Shown here one piece after another: positions 37,087-46,581 of a stretch of DNA of 64,000 bases. Numbering within the stretch: position 1 is the stretch's first letter; each line of letters begins with the position of its first letter. The position numbers were made by a program, and so were the translations under genes. The notes under the pieces are model-generated. The model was not told the DNA's origin. It saw nothing but the letters and a program-made list of their open reading frames with translations, and made no database searches. Origin of the DNA: Candidatus Poribacteria bacterium (GTDB taxonomy: Bacteria; Poribacteria; WGA-4E; WGA-3G); NCBI GenBank assembly GCA_022827185.1, contig JAJDTM010000046.1, positions 68,644 through 132,643 on the forward strand. Reading direction: 5' to 3'.

Positions 37087-37806
37087 CTATTTTTTTAGAT
37101 GTGAAACATGTGTGCCTTCGGCTGGCTCAAACTGTTGTGAATTTTCGCCTTTGTAATGGCATATAAAACTCCGCCGCCATCGGTCGTGCGTCTTGTTCAT
37201 ATAGGAGCCGTGGATAACCTTACCATCAAAGAAAAGCGCGTCCCCGGGCGACATGTCGATGCCCAATTCTTTAGCGTTCTTCGGTTTGACGGCTTGTACA
37301 TTTGTAAACGAAATAGCGGTATCCGCCGCTTCAACGGAGAACAGTCCATGTTGATGGGAACGTGGAATCAGCACCATACGTCCAACAGCGTCGTCGGATG
37401 TATCCAATGCGACCCAAACGCCGATGAGGGGGTCTATGGTGATGTACTGCTCATCTTGATGGAGTGCCTGACCGCGTGCACCGGGCGGTTTGAAGTAGAT
37501 CATTGTTTGTAACAGCACTGGCGTATCGTCAATGAGTTGTTCCGTAATGTTAAGCAGGTTGGTATCTGCTGCCCATTCTTGGGTGAGTTCGTCCCAGTTG
37601 TGCATATTAATCATGCGTGGGAATTGGTGATTTGGGTCATCGGCGTGGTCGGTTGTGCCGCCGGAGTCGCCGGGTTTCGGACCTTCTGCACGGCGTTTCA
37701 TGTAGTGCTCGCGCATTGACGTTACTGTGGCTGGGTCAAAAAGATTTGGAACGACCACGAAGCCTTGTTCTTTGTAGTGGTTTTGTTGTAGATGGGTTAG
37801 GTGCAT
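37087..37806 (-). CDS. PhyH-family 2OG/Fe(II) dioxygenase (ectoine-hydroxylase-like)
   Basis: HxD (ALHQDEQ) and a distal His (VIHGSY). Confidence 0.55.
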   Translation of the reverse strand: MHLTHLQQNHYKEQGFVVVPNLFDPATVTSMREHYMKRRAEGPKPGDSGGTTDHADDPNHQFPRMINMHNWDELTQEWAADTNLLNITEQLIDDTPVLLQTMIYFKPPGARGQALHQDEQYITIDPLIGVWVALDTSDDAVGRMVLIPRSHQHGLFSVEAADTAISFTNVQAVKPKNAKELGIDMSPGDALFFDGKVIHGSYMNKTHDRWRRSFICHYKGENSQQFEPAEGTHVSHLKK

Positions 37807-37990
37807 GGAAAGTGCTCCCGCAGATTGCCGATCCGTTTTGGATGCTGTTTTCGAGTCTATCTTTTAATTTTATGGTAATTTCGGATATTTGTCAAAGTTT
37901 TTTCTCTCTATGTGTGGAAGGTTTGGTTTCTTGTGATAGCACCCAAACCAATTAACGCTCACCACCCGTGAAATCAACAAACTCTATGCC

Positions 37991-40900
37991 ATGCCAGCAC
38001 TCCTAATTTTTCAGCACGGGCAGTCCTTGACCTTCGCTATTATCAACCGTAGACCGAGTCAGCGAGACGGGGCCCGCTATGTGCTTGAAAAGATGGTACT
38101 TATCAAGGATATTGACGTTGCCACTCCGCACCGCGCACACCTTGACATCTTGGCAGACCTGTCGCTTGATGCCCTCTATCACCGGCACGAATTCACGAAC
38201 TTCTTGGAGCTCCATCAGGCGTGGCAGCGGACGTTGGACACCTCCGAACTCAACAGACGTTTCTTCAAAGAGATTGCCGATTGGTATTTCTGGGCAGTTG
38301 ATAAGGTGACGTTTCCATCGGATGCAGGCGACGACAAGACTGTTCGTAACGCGACCTGCATCATCCGTTTGATTACACGGCTGATCTTCGTCTGGTTTCT
38401 CAAAGAGAAAAACCTTGTGCCGGACGCGCTTTTTAACGAGGAAGCTATTGCGGAACTGCTCACAAGTCTGGATGCTCAGGAAAGCACCTATTACAAAGCC
38501 GTTCTCCAAAACCTATTTTTTGCAACCTTGAATCAGGAGATGAACACACCTGAAAAACCGAACACCCGCAAGTTCCGAGGGGAGGGCCGGCAGCACTATA
38601 ACATCACTTCGCTCTACCGCTATAAGCGTTATTTCAAGGATCCAGACGCGGCACTGCGGCTGTTTGAGACGGTCCCGTTCCTCAACGGTGGTCTGTTTGA
38701 GTGTCTGGATAAATCCGCACCGGATGATGCGAAAACGATCTTGCGTATAGACGGTTTCTCTGATAGAGACGACAACCCGCTCTATGTGCCAAACGAACTC
38801 TTCTTCTCCGAACCACAGGCGGTCAATCTCAACGCCGTCTATGGCACGAAAAATAGCAGGTATACCGTGCGTGGATTAATCCATATCCTCAACCGCTACA
38901 AATTTACGATTGCAGAGAACACACCGATAGAGGAAGAAGTCGCATTGGATCCCGAATTGCTCGGACAGGTCTTTGAAAACCTGCTTGCGGCGTTCAACCC
39001 CGAAACCGGCACGACTGCGCGTAAACAGACGGGTTCGTTCTATACACCCCGCGAAATCGTCAACTACATGGTGGACGAATCCCTCATCGCTTATCTCAAA
39101 AACACAGTTCGTAGTAGGGCAATTCATTGCCCGTCGGAAACCAAACTCCGTCATCTCCTATCCTACAACGACGAACCCCACCAATTCACCGATACTGAAG
39201 TTGAACATCTCATCAACGCCATAGACACACTGAAGATTCTGGATCCCGCCTGCGGCTCTGGTGCGTTCCCGATGGGCATCCTGCACAAACTCGTCTTCCT
39301 GCTCGGTAAACTTGACCCGCGCAACGCTCAGTGGCGACAACGGCAAATTGACCGCGTCCAAGCTGCCATTGCTACATCAGAGAAGATTGACGATAGCACC
39401 TTCCGTGAAAGTGCTATTGCTGAACTGGAACGCGAAATAGAGAGCATCAACGATGCATTTGAACGCAATGCACTCGACTACGGCAGAAAGCTCTATCTCA
39501 TAGAGAACTGCATCTACGGTGTGGACATCCAACCTATCGCGACACAGATCGCTAAACTCCGGTTTTTTATCTCGCTGATCGTTGAGCAGAAAATTGACGA
39601 TACGCGCGAAAACCGCGGGGTGCGTCCGTTGCCGAATTTGGAGACGAAGTTTGTCGCAGCGAATACGCTCCTCGGTGTAGAGAAACCCGAACAGATGATG
39701 CTTCGCAACCCAGGGATAGACAGCAAAGAGAAGGCATTAGCGGAGGTGCGCCGTCGGCACTTCACTGCGCGAACACCACGCACGAAAGATCGCTACAGAC
39801 AACGCGATGCGGAACTCCGCGCCGAAATCAGCGGATTGCTCAAACGGGACGGGTTTCCGAGTGAGACGACTGAAAAGATTGCTCATTGGGATCCATACAA
39901 CCAGAACGCCTCCGCAGATTTCTTTGACCCAGAATGGATGTTCGGTATTACGGAGGGGTTTGATGTCGTGATTGGCAACCCGCCTTACGTCCGTCAAGAG
40001 AAAATCAAGCATCTCAAACCCACGTTGAAAAAGCACTATACCTGTTACACAGGCGCAGCCGACCTCTACGTCTATTTCTATGAGCGCGGGCTGCAACTGC
40101 TGAGTCCAAGCGGTATCCATACGTTTATCTGTTCTAACAGTTGGCTGGATGTCAACTACGGCGCGCCGTTACAGAAGTATCTCTTAGATAACACAGCGGG
40201 TGCGGTTATCTGCCATAGCGAAGCGGAACGCGAATTTGAGAGTGCCGACATCAACACCATCGTTAGCCTTCTCCAAAACGGCACCCCCGATGCCGATTCT
40301 CACTTCCGCTTTCTCACCTTCAAGACGTTCATCGGCGATCCAGATATAGAAAATCGTCGAGAGCGGACACGCACGTATACCGAGTTGGGACAAGCAGGCA
40401 CGCGGGACAACAGATACACAGGCGACAAATGGGGTGGGAAATACCTCCGCGCCCCGGACATCTACTGGACGATTTTAGAGAAAGGCAAAGATAAACTGGT
40501 ACGCCTCGGTGATGTTGCCGAGGTGAGGCGAGGGTTCACAACCGGTGCAAATGAATTTTTCTATCTTGACGCGGATCGGGTTCAGGAATGGGGTATTGAA
40601 TCGGAATATCTGAGGCACGTTATCAAAAGTCCGCGTGAGTGCAAAAGTATCCGTGTGGATCCGAGTCAGTTGCAGTTCAAGTTGTTTATGTGCCATGCAG
40701 ACAAGGCAGCATTGACAGGCACTGCGGCGTTAGAATACATCAAATGGGGTGAATCGCAAGGGTATCATCAGCGACCGAGTTGTAAAGGACGGGTGCGTTG
40801 GTGGGATTTGGGTGAAGAGTCTGGAAATAGTATTTTTGTTAAAGAAGCAGATGAAACTTCGGCGGTATTTTACAACCCTGACAACTATCTCGTTGATTGC

Positions 40901-41275
40901 CGTCTCTACTATGCGAATCTTTCTAATCACGTCCTTTTGTTCTTAAATTCTGTCATTGGCGCAATGTTCTTTGAGCTATACAGCCGTTCAGGACTTGGCA
41001 AAGGTGCAAGAAGTATGATGGTTTCGGATTATGAGGATGTTCCAACTTTAGAGAATATAAATGTAGATAAGAAAGCGACTGAGTTGGTTTTAAGGCAAAT
41101 TTGCCCTTTGTCTCCCCGAAAATTTGCTAATTCTGAATCTGAGTGGTCTACCCTTGACGCAATCATCTTTGATGCCCTTGATCTCACACAAGGTGAACGG
41201 GATGGTGTGTATGAAGCGGTTGTTAATCTGGTGGAATCTCGGTTGCGGAAGGCGCGGAGTTTGAAGGGGAAATAG
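37991..41275 (+). CDS. Eco57I/MmeI/PglX-like gamma-class N6-adenine DNA methyltransferase with its own C-terminal TaqI_C-type target-recognition region; no recognisable nuclease domain
   Basis: 1094 aa. The N-terminal helical region carries PFLNGGLFE. Motif X is GSFYTPREIV, motif I is LDPACGSGAFPMG, and motif IV is VIGNPPYV. The C-terminal TRD-type region reads VRLGDVAEVRRGFTTGANEFFYL ... RWWDLGEE ... LLFLNSVIGAMFFEL. Confidence 0.75.
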   Translation: MPALLIFQHGQSLTFAIINRRPSQRDGARYVLEKMVLIKDIDVATPHRAHLDILADLSLDALYHRHEFTNFLELHQAWQRTLDTSELNRRFFKEIADWYFWAVDKVTFPSDAGDDKTVRNATCIIRLITRLIFVWFLKEKNLVPDALFNEEAIAELLTSLDAQESTYYKAVLQNLFFATLNQEMNTPEKPNTRKFRGEGRQHYNITSLYRYKRYFKDPDAALRLFETVPFLNGGLFECLDKSAPDDAKTILRIDGFSDRDDNPLYVPNELFFSEPQAVNLNAVYGTKNSRYTVRGLIHILNRYKFTIAENTPIEEEVALDPELLGQVFENLLAAFNPETGTTARKQTGSFYTPREIVNYMVDESLIAYLKNTVRSRAIHCPSETKLRHLLSYNDEPHQFTDTEVEHLINAIDTLKILDPACGSGAFPMGILHKLVFLLGKLDPRNAQWRQRQIDRVQAAIATSEKIDDSTFRESAIAELEREIESINDAFERNALDYGRKLYLIENCIYGVDIQPIATQIAKLRFFISLIVEQKIDDTRENRGVRPLPNLETKFVAANTLLGVEKPEQMMLRNPGIDSKEKALAEVRRRHFTARTPRTKDRYRQRDAELRAEISGLLKRDGFPSETTEKIAHWDPYNQNASADFFDPEWMFGITEGFDVVIGNPPYVRQEKIKHLKPTLKKHYTCYTGAADLYVYFYERGLQLLSPSGIHTFICSNSWLDVNYGAPLQKYLLDNTAGAVICHSEAEREFESADINTIVSLLQNGTPDADSHFRFLTFKTFIGDPDIENRRERTRTYTELGQAGTRDNRYTGDKWGGKYLRAPDIYWTILEKGKDKLVRLGDVAEVRRGFTTGANEFFYLDADRVQEWGIESEYLRHVIKSPRECKSIRVDPSQLQFKLFMCHADKAALTGTAALEYIKWGESQGYHQRPSCKGRVRWWDLGEESGNSIFVKEADETSAVFYNPDNYLVDCRLYYANLSNHVLLFLNSVIGAMFFELYSRSGLGKGARSMMVSDYEDVPTLENINVDKKATELVLRQICPLSPRKFANSESEWSTLDAIIFDALDLTQGERDGVYEAVVNLVESRLRKARSLKGK

Positions 41276-41340
41276 ATTAAATTCAGTTGATATTTGTTCA
41301 CCAGATGTGGTATTATTAACCCAAAAGAGAGGATTAGGTA

Positions 41341-43398
41341 ATGGCGAAAAAAATATCAAAGCGTGTTAAAACACTAAGTGGGTTTATGAAATGGGTGGAA
41401 CAATTCAACGATGGGCAATATCTGTTTCGAGGTGTTTCAAAACACACTCACAAATTGGAAGCATCTGCTTATCGTCGTCTGCCAGAAGCGGAAAGAAATA
41501 ATCAAAATAAACTCCTCAAAATCAATCAGGAGTTGATAGATAAAGCACGTCTTCTGGGGCACGATCAGAAAGATGGACATTACCTTTCTGATTTAGAACT
41601 GTTGGCAGAACTTCAGCACTTTGGTGCTGCTACCTGCTTGATAGATTTCACACGTAGCGCGCAGATCGCACTATGGTTTGCTTGCCAACAGAGTTCGACT
41701 GGAGAAGCAAATGGAAAAGTCTTCGCTGTGCGTTCTGACGATCCCGTACTCTTTAGAACCATTACCCCTAAATTGGTAGTCGAAAAAGACATTGGTTACT
41801 TTTTTGAAGAGGATGAGAGCGGGATATCTCCGCTATATCAATGGCAACCCAAGCAACAGAATAATCGTGTTATCGGCCAGCAATCCATTTTTATATTCGG
41901 TGGATCTCAAATTGAGGTGGCAGCAGAATGTGTAATTCTAAAAAGTAGTAAATCAGAAATTCTGGATTCTTTGGACAACTCTGCAGGTATCACTGAAGCG
42001 AGTATATATCCTGATTTTGACGGTTTCGCGCGTCTACATGCCCAAAATAAGCCATACATTGAACCGAATGTTCAAAGTTATCTGCAACGCGGGACCGAAG
42101 CACACTTAGAAGGCAAGCTTGATGATGCAATTGCCTACTACAGTGAAGTTATATCACTACAGCCAAACACTTCTACGCTAACTATAGCTTACCAAGGTCG
42201 TGGTTTTGCGTACTTTTTCAAACGTGAGTTTGACCCCGCTATTAAAGACTTTACCAAGGCAATAAATTCTAATTCCAAAGATGCCGTAACTTATTACAGT
42301 CGTGGGACAGTCTATAGTCTTACACGCGAATTTGATCTCGCTATCGCTGACTATACTAAAGCTATAGAACTTAATCCTGAGTTTGCTGAAGTCTACGTTC
42401 ATCGTGGTGCTGCTTACATTGACAATAACAAAGTTGATTTGGCCCTCAAGGACTATAACAAAGCGATGGAGCTTAAACCCGATGACCCTGTTACTTATGT
42501 CAGGCAAGGTATTGCTTACGGCAAAAAGGGGGAAATTGACACAGCTATTAAAAATCTTGGTAAGGCAATAGAACTCAATCCAAAATTTGCAGAAGCCTAC
42601 GCTACTCGTGGTGCTGCTTACATTGACAAAAAGGAACTTGATTTGGCTATTAGCGACTGTACGAAGGCGATAGAATTAGACCCAACTGATGCTACAGTAT
42701 ATTGCTACCGCGGTCGTGCTTACAACGAAAAAGGCATTTTTAACGAGGCGATTGATGACTTGACTCAAGCGATAGAACTGGATCCACATCTTGCCGAAGC
42801 TTACCTGAACCGTGGTAATGCCTACGATCATAAGAAAGATTTCAACAAGGCGATTGGTGATTATACTAAAGCGATAGAACTGGATCCAGATGACACTGAC
42901 TTCTACTGCTATCGCGGTTTTGCTTACCAACGCAAAGGTGATCTCAATTTGGCAATTGATGACTTTACCGAAGCGATAAAGAGAAATCCGAACTTTGCTG
43001 AAGCTTATCTGGATCGTGGATGTATTTATGGAGAAATAAGAGATTTTGACAAGGCGATTAATGATTTCACCAAATTGGTACAACTCAGACCTGATGATAG
43101 CAGAGCATACACTGCTCGCGGTGTTACTTACCGCAGGAAAGGTAATTTTAACTTAGCGATTAATGACTTTAGTAGAGGAATAAAAGTAGATCCAGATGAT
43201 GCTAAAGCTTATTACCACCGGGCCGATCTACGATTACACTTAAGGGAATTCAAAAAAGCCAAATCAGACCTAACAACTGCCAGAGACATGGGGGTAAATA
43301 TTATCGCTGCATTCCATAATAGCTACGAAAGCATTGAAGATTTTGAGCAGAAAACCGATATTCAGTTACCAGAAGACATCGCCGCGCTCTTGACCTAG
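41341..43398 (+). CDS. FRG-domain protein fused to ~13 TPR repeats and a conserved C-terminal module
   Basis: An N-terminal FRG motif (QYLFRGVSKHTHKLEASAYRR) and 34-aa TPR units (..A..Y..A..LDP..A.AY..RG.AY...). The C-terminal ARDMGVNIIAAFHNSYESIEDFEQKTDIQLPEDIAALL is shared with three neighbouring TPR proteins. Confidence 0.65.
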   Translation: MAKKISKRVKTLSGFMKWVEQFNDGQYLFRGVSKHTHKLEASAYRRLPEAERNNQNKLLKINQELIDKARLLGHDQKDGHYLSDLELLAELQHFGAATCLIDFTRSAQIALWFACQQSSTGEANGKVFAVRSDDPVLFRTITPKLVVEKDIGYFFEEDESGISPLYQWQPKQQNNRVIGQQSIFIFGGSQIEVAAECVILKSSKSEILDSLDNSAGITEASIYPDFDGFARLHAQNKPYIEPNVQSYLQRGTEAHLEGKLDDAIAYYSEVISLQPNTSTLTIAYQGRGFAYFFKREFDPAIKDFTKAINSNSKDAVTYYSRGTVYSLTREFDLAIADYTKAIELNPEFAEVYVHRGAAYIDNNKVDLALKDYNKAMELKPDDPVTYVRQGIAYGKKGEIDTAIKNLGKAIELNPKFAEAYATRGAAYIDKKELDLAISDCTKAIELDPTDATVYCYRGRAYNEKGIFNEAIDDLTQAIELDPHLAEAYLNRGNAYDHKKDFNKAIGDYTKAIELDPDDTDFYCYRGFAYQRKGDLNLAIDDFTEAIKRNPNFAEAYLDRGCIYGEIRDFDKAINDFTKLVQLRPDDSRAYTARGVTYRRKGNFNLAINDFSRGIKVDPDDAKAYYHRADLRLHLREFKKAKSDLTTARDMGVNIIAAFHNSYESIEDFEQKTDIQLPEDIAALLT

Positions 43399-43416
43399 CC
43401 AACGGACGAAAAAGAT

Positions 43417-43697
43417 CAACAAACCAAGAGTTTTCGCAGACTTCCACAACGCAGATGCAAAAGGCAGGGGTCCGATTGAACTGTGCCGGACAGCGGCGGA
43501 CCTTGAACGTCAGAAAATTATGCTGCGAAATGGATAGGCTCTTATTATCTATAGTGAAGAGTTGGAGGTTGAACGCATTGTTTGCTACTCCGAAAAAGAA
43601 AAGTTGTGGACAGGGGTGATTGATTGGGATGCCATTCAAGAGATAAAACCTGTCCCCTCTCAAATAACTCCGCAAATCCGTGACATAGCGCGGTAAT
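43417..43697 (+). pseudogene. Degenerate copy of the small protein gene found intact at 50794..51078 (no start codon, in-frame TAG)
   Basis: Nucleotide homology to 50806-51078 is ~90%, but ...CTGCGAAATGGATAGGCT has a TAG where the intact copy has CAG (Q), and there is no in-frame ATG. Confidence 0.45.
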
Positions 43698-43926
43698 GTG
43701 ATATACGCCTACACCTGATGAGATGGCTTCTTTTCAACTAATGCCTTAAGCATAGCATCGGGACGCGGTATTGTCTCATCGCGGATTGCACAGATTTCGC
43801 AGATTTTTTGAATCTGTATCATCTAGCATTATAGGTGACCGGTATGAAATCCGCGTCATCCGTACTATCTGTGCAAATCCGAGATTCAGACGATTGCGAG
43901 ATTTCATCCTCAAAGAAATTGGGATT

Positions 43927-46581
43927 ATGGAGAAAAAGCCGGTGAGTAAACCGTTAAAAGTGTTTATTACCTATTCACATAAAAATACAGCAGAAAAGGA
44001 CGAATTGATAACACGTCTTGCCCTTCTCAAACGTGAAGGCATAATAAGCATTTGGCATGACAACGAAATTCTGCCAGGTGACAAGTGGCGTGATGCTATC
44101 TTCAGCAATCTTGCGGATTCCGACCTTCTGCTCTATCTTACCTCTGCTGATAGCCTTGAATCTGAAAACTGTAATAAAGAATTAGCAGCGGCGTTAAACA
44201 CAGAGATAAGGGTGATTCCAATTATCCTTGAGCATTGTGATTGGCAAAACTATCAACTTAGTGACTTCCAAGCTCTTCCTGACAGAGGTAATCCTATTGA
44301 CGAATGGCAACCTGAGAGTAAAGGGTGGCAAAATGTAGTGGATGGTGTCCGAAAAGTTGTTGAAAGGCAGTCTGAGAATTGGTTTTCTGAAACCTTTGAG
44401 AAAGAACTTCGTGCTGAATCAGAGTTCCACCGTGGGAATGTTCAACAGCTGCTTGGGCAGCTAGAAATGGCAATAGAAGCCTATTCACAGTCCATTGACC
44501 TTAAACCTCGTGTTGCTAGTTCTTATAACAATCGCGGTGCTGCTTACCAGAAAAAAGGAAATTTTGATCGCGCCATTGAAGATTTTAACATGGCAATTGA
44601 ACTGAAAAACAACTATAGCCAAGCTTATTACAATCGTGGGCTCACTTACGACGAAAACGGTGAAATTGAAAAAGCCCTTGAAAACTATAATAAAGCGATA
44701 AAACTCAAACCTGATTATGCTGAAGCATATAGCAATCGAGGCAATATTTATAAGAAAGAAAGCAAGTTTGATAGAGCTGTCGCAGACTATAACATAGCGA
44801 TAAAACTCAGACCAGACCTTGCCGAGGTTCATTACAATCGCAGTGTAATTTACGAAAATGAAGGCGATTATGATAGGGCCATCCAAGATTGTAACACAGC
44901 GATAAAACTCAAACCCGATTTTCCCGAAGCGTATAACAATCGCGGTAACGCTTACATAGGAAAAGGTGAATTTGGCAATGCTATCGTGGATTATAATACG
45001 GCGATAAAACTCAAACCCGATTTTCCCGAAGCGTATTACAGCCGTGGTACTACTTATGGTATAACTGGCGATTCTAATAGCGCAATTAAAGACTTTGACA
45101 AAGCGATAAAACTCAAACCTGATTTTCCCGAGGCATACAGTAATCGCGGTAACGCTTACGTCTTTGAAGGCAAGTTGGAAAACGCTCTCAAAGACTACAC
45201 TGAAGCAATACAACTTAAACACGACTATGTTGATGCTTACTGTAATCGCGGAGCAGTTTATGGCATAACAGGCAATTATGACAGGGCAATCAAAGATTAT
45301 ACCGAAGCGATAAAACTCAATCCACACCATGCCAACGCCTATAATAATCGTGGAATGGCTTGGTTACACCTGCAAGAGTGGGATAGAGCCAAAACCGACT
45401 TCACAACTGCTAAACAGTTAGGCGTTGACATCATTGCAATGTTCCATAATTCCTACAAGGATGTTGAGACGTATCAAAAGAATCGGCTCGTCAAATTGCC
45501 GGAGGACCTTGCACTGCTGCTGACGCAACGCAGGCGGGATCGCTATCCGAAGCTGCAGAAAGTGTTGGATGCTGACGGCAATCCGCTGGAATTGCCGGAC
45601 GTGGTGAATTTACGCGAGCAGCTACGCAATGCTGGTCCCCAGCTAAGCGAGTACATCAATGCGAAGTCTGCCTTCGGTATTAATACGACCCCAACCGAGG
45701 TATTTGTGGTAGACAAAACGACACGGGATGAACTCATTGGGGCACATCCCGCATCTGCTGATATTTTGAAGCCGTTTTTGCACGGACAGGATATCAGACG
45801 TTGGTACGTTGATACACCGCAGCACTGGTTAATTTTTACCCACCGCGGTATAGCAATAGACGACTACCCGGCAATTTTGAAGTATTTGGAGAGTCATAAG
45901 GAGAGCCTACAGAAAAGAAAGGGTAAACAAGCATGGTACGAGTTACCGGCGTCTCTTGACCATGCGGAACGTTTTGCACAACCGAAACTGGTTTGTCCAA
46001 ACACCTATAACCATCACACTTTTGCGGTTGATACAGAGAGTTTTTATTACGGGAATACGTCTTACCTTATCCCAACCGAGGAAAAATGGCTTTGTGGGCT
46101 TCTCAATTCCCGGACTGTAGAGTGGTTCTATTCACAGGTGTCGAACCAATTGACGATTGATCCGCTTCGGGCGCGCAGCGGGTATATCCAACAGATTCCG
46201 ATTCCCGACATCACGCCAGTTCACAAAGCACTCATTGCTAAAATCGTTGACTACCTGATCTCTCTGCAGCAGCAACCGGAGATAAACAGCAAAGATTTGA
46301 AGTACGCCCGCGACCATGTGATGCTTGGATACTTTGAGCGCGTTATTGATGGATTGATTTATGAGGCTTACCTACCTGCGGAACTTCATAAGAGCGATAA
46401 AGTCTTCTTGCAACCGTTATTGGACGAAGGGTTGCCACTCATTGAAGAGATTCAGGGCAATAAAATGACTGCTTTCCGGGACATCTTTGAGCGGCTATAT
46501 GACAGGATGCATCTTGTCCGACGCCACCTTTATTATCTGGATGTTATAAAACCTATCCGCATTATTCAGGGGAAACTGTGA
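43927..46581 (+). CDS. TIR-domain protein fused to TPR array, the shared post-TPR module, and a C-terminal TaqI_C/Eco57I-C-like DNA target-recognition domain
   Basis: The TIR reads KVFITYSHKNTAEKDELITRL...ISIWHDNEILPGDKW...SENCNKEL. About nine TPR units follow. The shared module is AKQLGVDIIAMFHNSYKDVETYQKNRLVKLPEDLALLL. The C-terminus has GINTTPTEVFVV...GQDIRRWYV...HWLIFTHRG..YPAILKYLESHKESLQKRK..QAWYELP...KLVCPNTYNHHTFAVD..YY.NTSYLIP...LCGLLNSRTVEWFY...IQQIPIPD. I trimmed the start to ATG at 43927 (MEKKPVSKPLKVFITYSHKN). Confidence 0.65.
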   Translation: MEKKPVSKPLKVFITYSHKNTAEKDELITRLALLKREGIISIWHDNEILPGDKWRDAIFSNLADSDLLLYLTSADSLESENCNKELAAALNTEIRVIPIILEHCDWQNYQLSDFQALPDRGNPIDEWQPESKGWQNVVDGVRKVVERQSENWFSETFEKELRAESEFHRGNVQQLLGQLEMAIEAYSQSIDLKPRVASSYNNRGAAYQKKGNFDRAIEDFNMAIELKNNYSQAYYNRGLTYDENGEIEKALENYNKAIKLKPDYAEAYSNRGNIYKKESKFDRAVADYNIAIKLRPDLAEVHYNRSVIYENEGDYDRAIQDCNTAIKLKPDFPEAYNNRGNAYIGKGEFGNAIVDYNTAIKLKPDFPEAYYSRGTTYGITGDSNSAIKDFDKAIKLKPDFPEAYSNRGNAYVFEGKLENALKDYTEAIQLKHDYVDAYCNRGAVYGITGNYDRAIKDYTEAIKLNPHHANAYNNRGMAWLHLQEWDRAKTDFTTAKQLGVDIIAMFHNSYKDVETYQKNRLVKLPEDLALLLTQRRRDRYPKLQKVLDADGNPLELPDVVNLREQLRNAGPQLSEYINAKSAFGINTTPTEVFVVDKTTRDELIGAHPASADILKPFLHGQDIRRWYVDTPQHWLIFTHRGIAIDDYPAILKYLESHKESLQKRKGKQAWYELPASLDHAERFAQPKLVCPNTYNHHTFAVDTESFYYGNTSYLIPTEEKWLCGLLNSRTVEWFYSQVSNQLTIDPLRARSGYIQQIPIPDITPVHKALIAKIVDYLISLQQQPEINSKDLKYARDHVMLGYFERVIDGLIYEAYLPAELHKSDKVFLQPLLDEGLPLIEEIQGNKMTAFRDIFERLYDRMHLVRRHLYYLDVIKPIRIIQGKL

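Noticed and set aside
42676-43083. ORF-track ORFs on the minus strand inside the TPR genes (42676..43083, 42178..42507, 44485..45330, 48263..49033, 51302..51622)
   Set aside because: They are antisense to long, well-supported TPR genes. Repetitive TPR coding sequence lacks stops on the opposite strand. They have no motifs or RBS, so I treat them as spurious.
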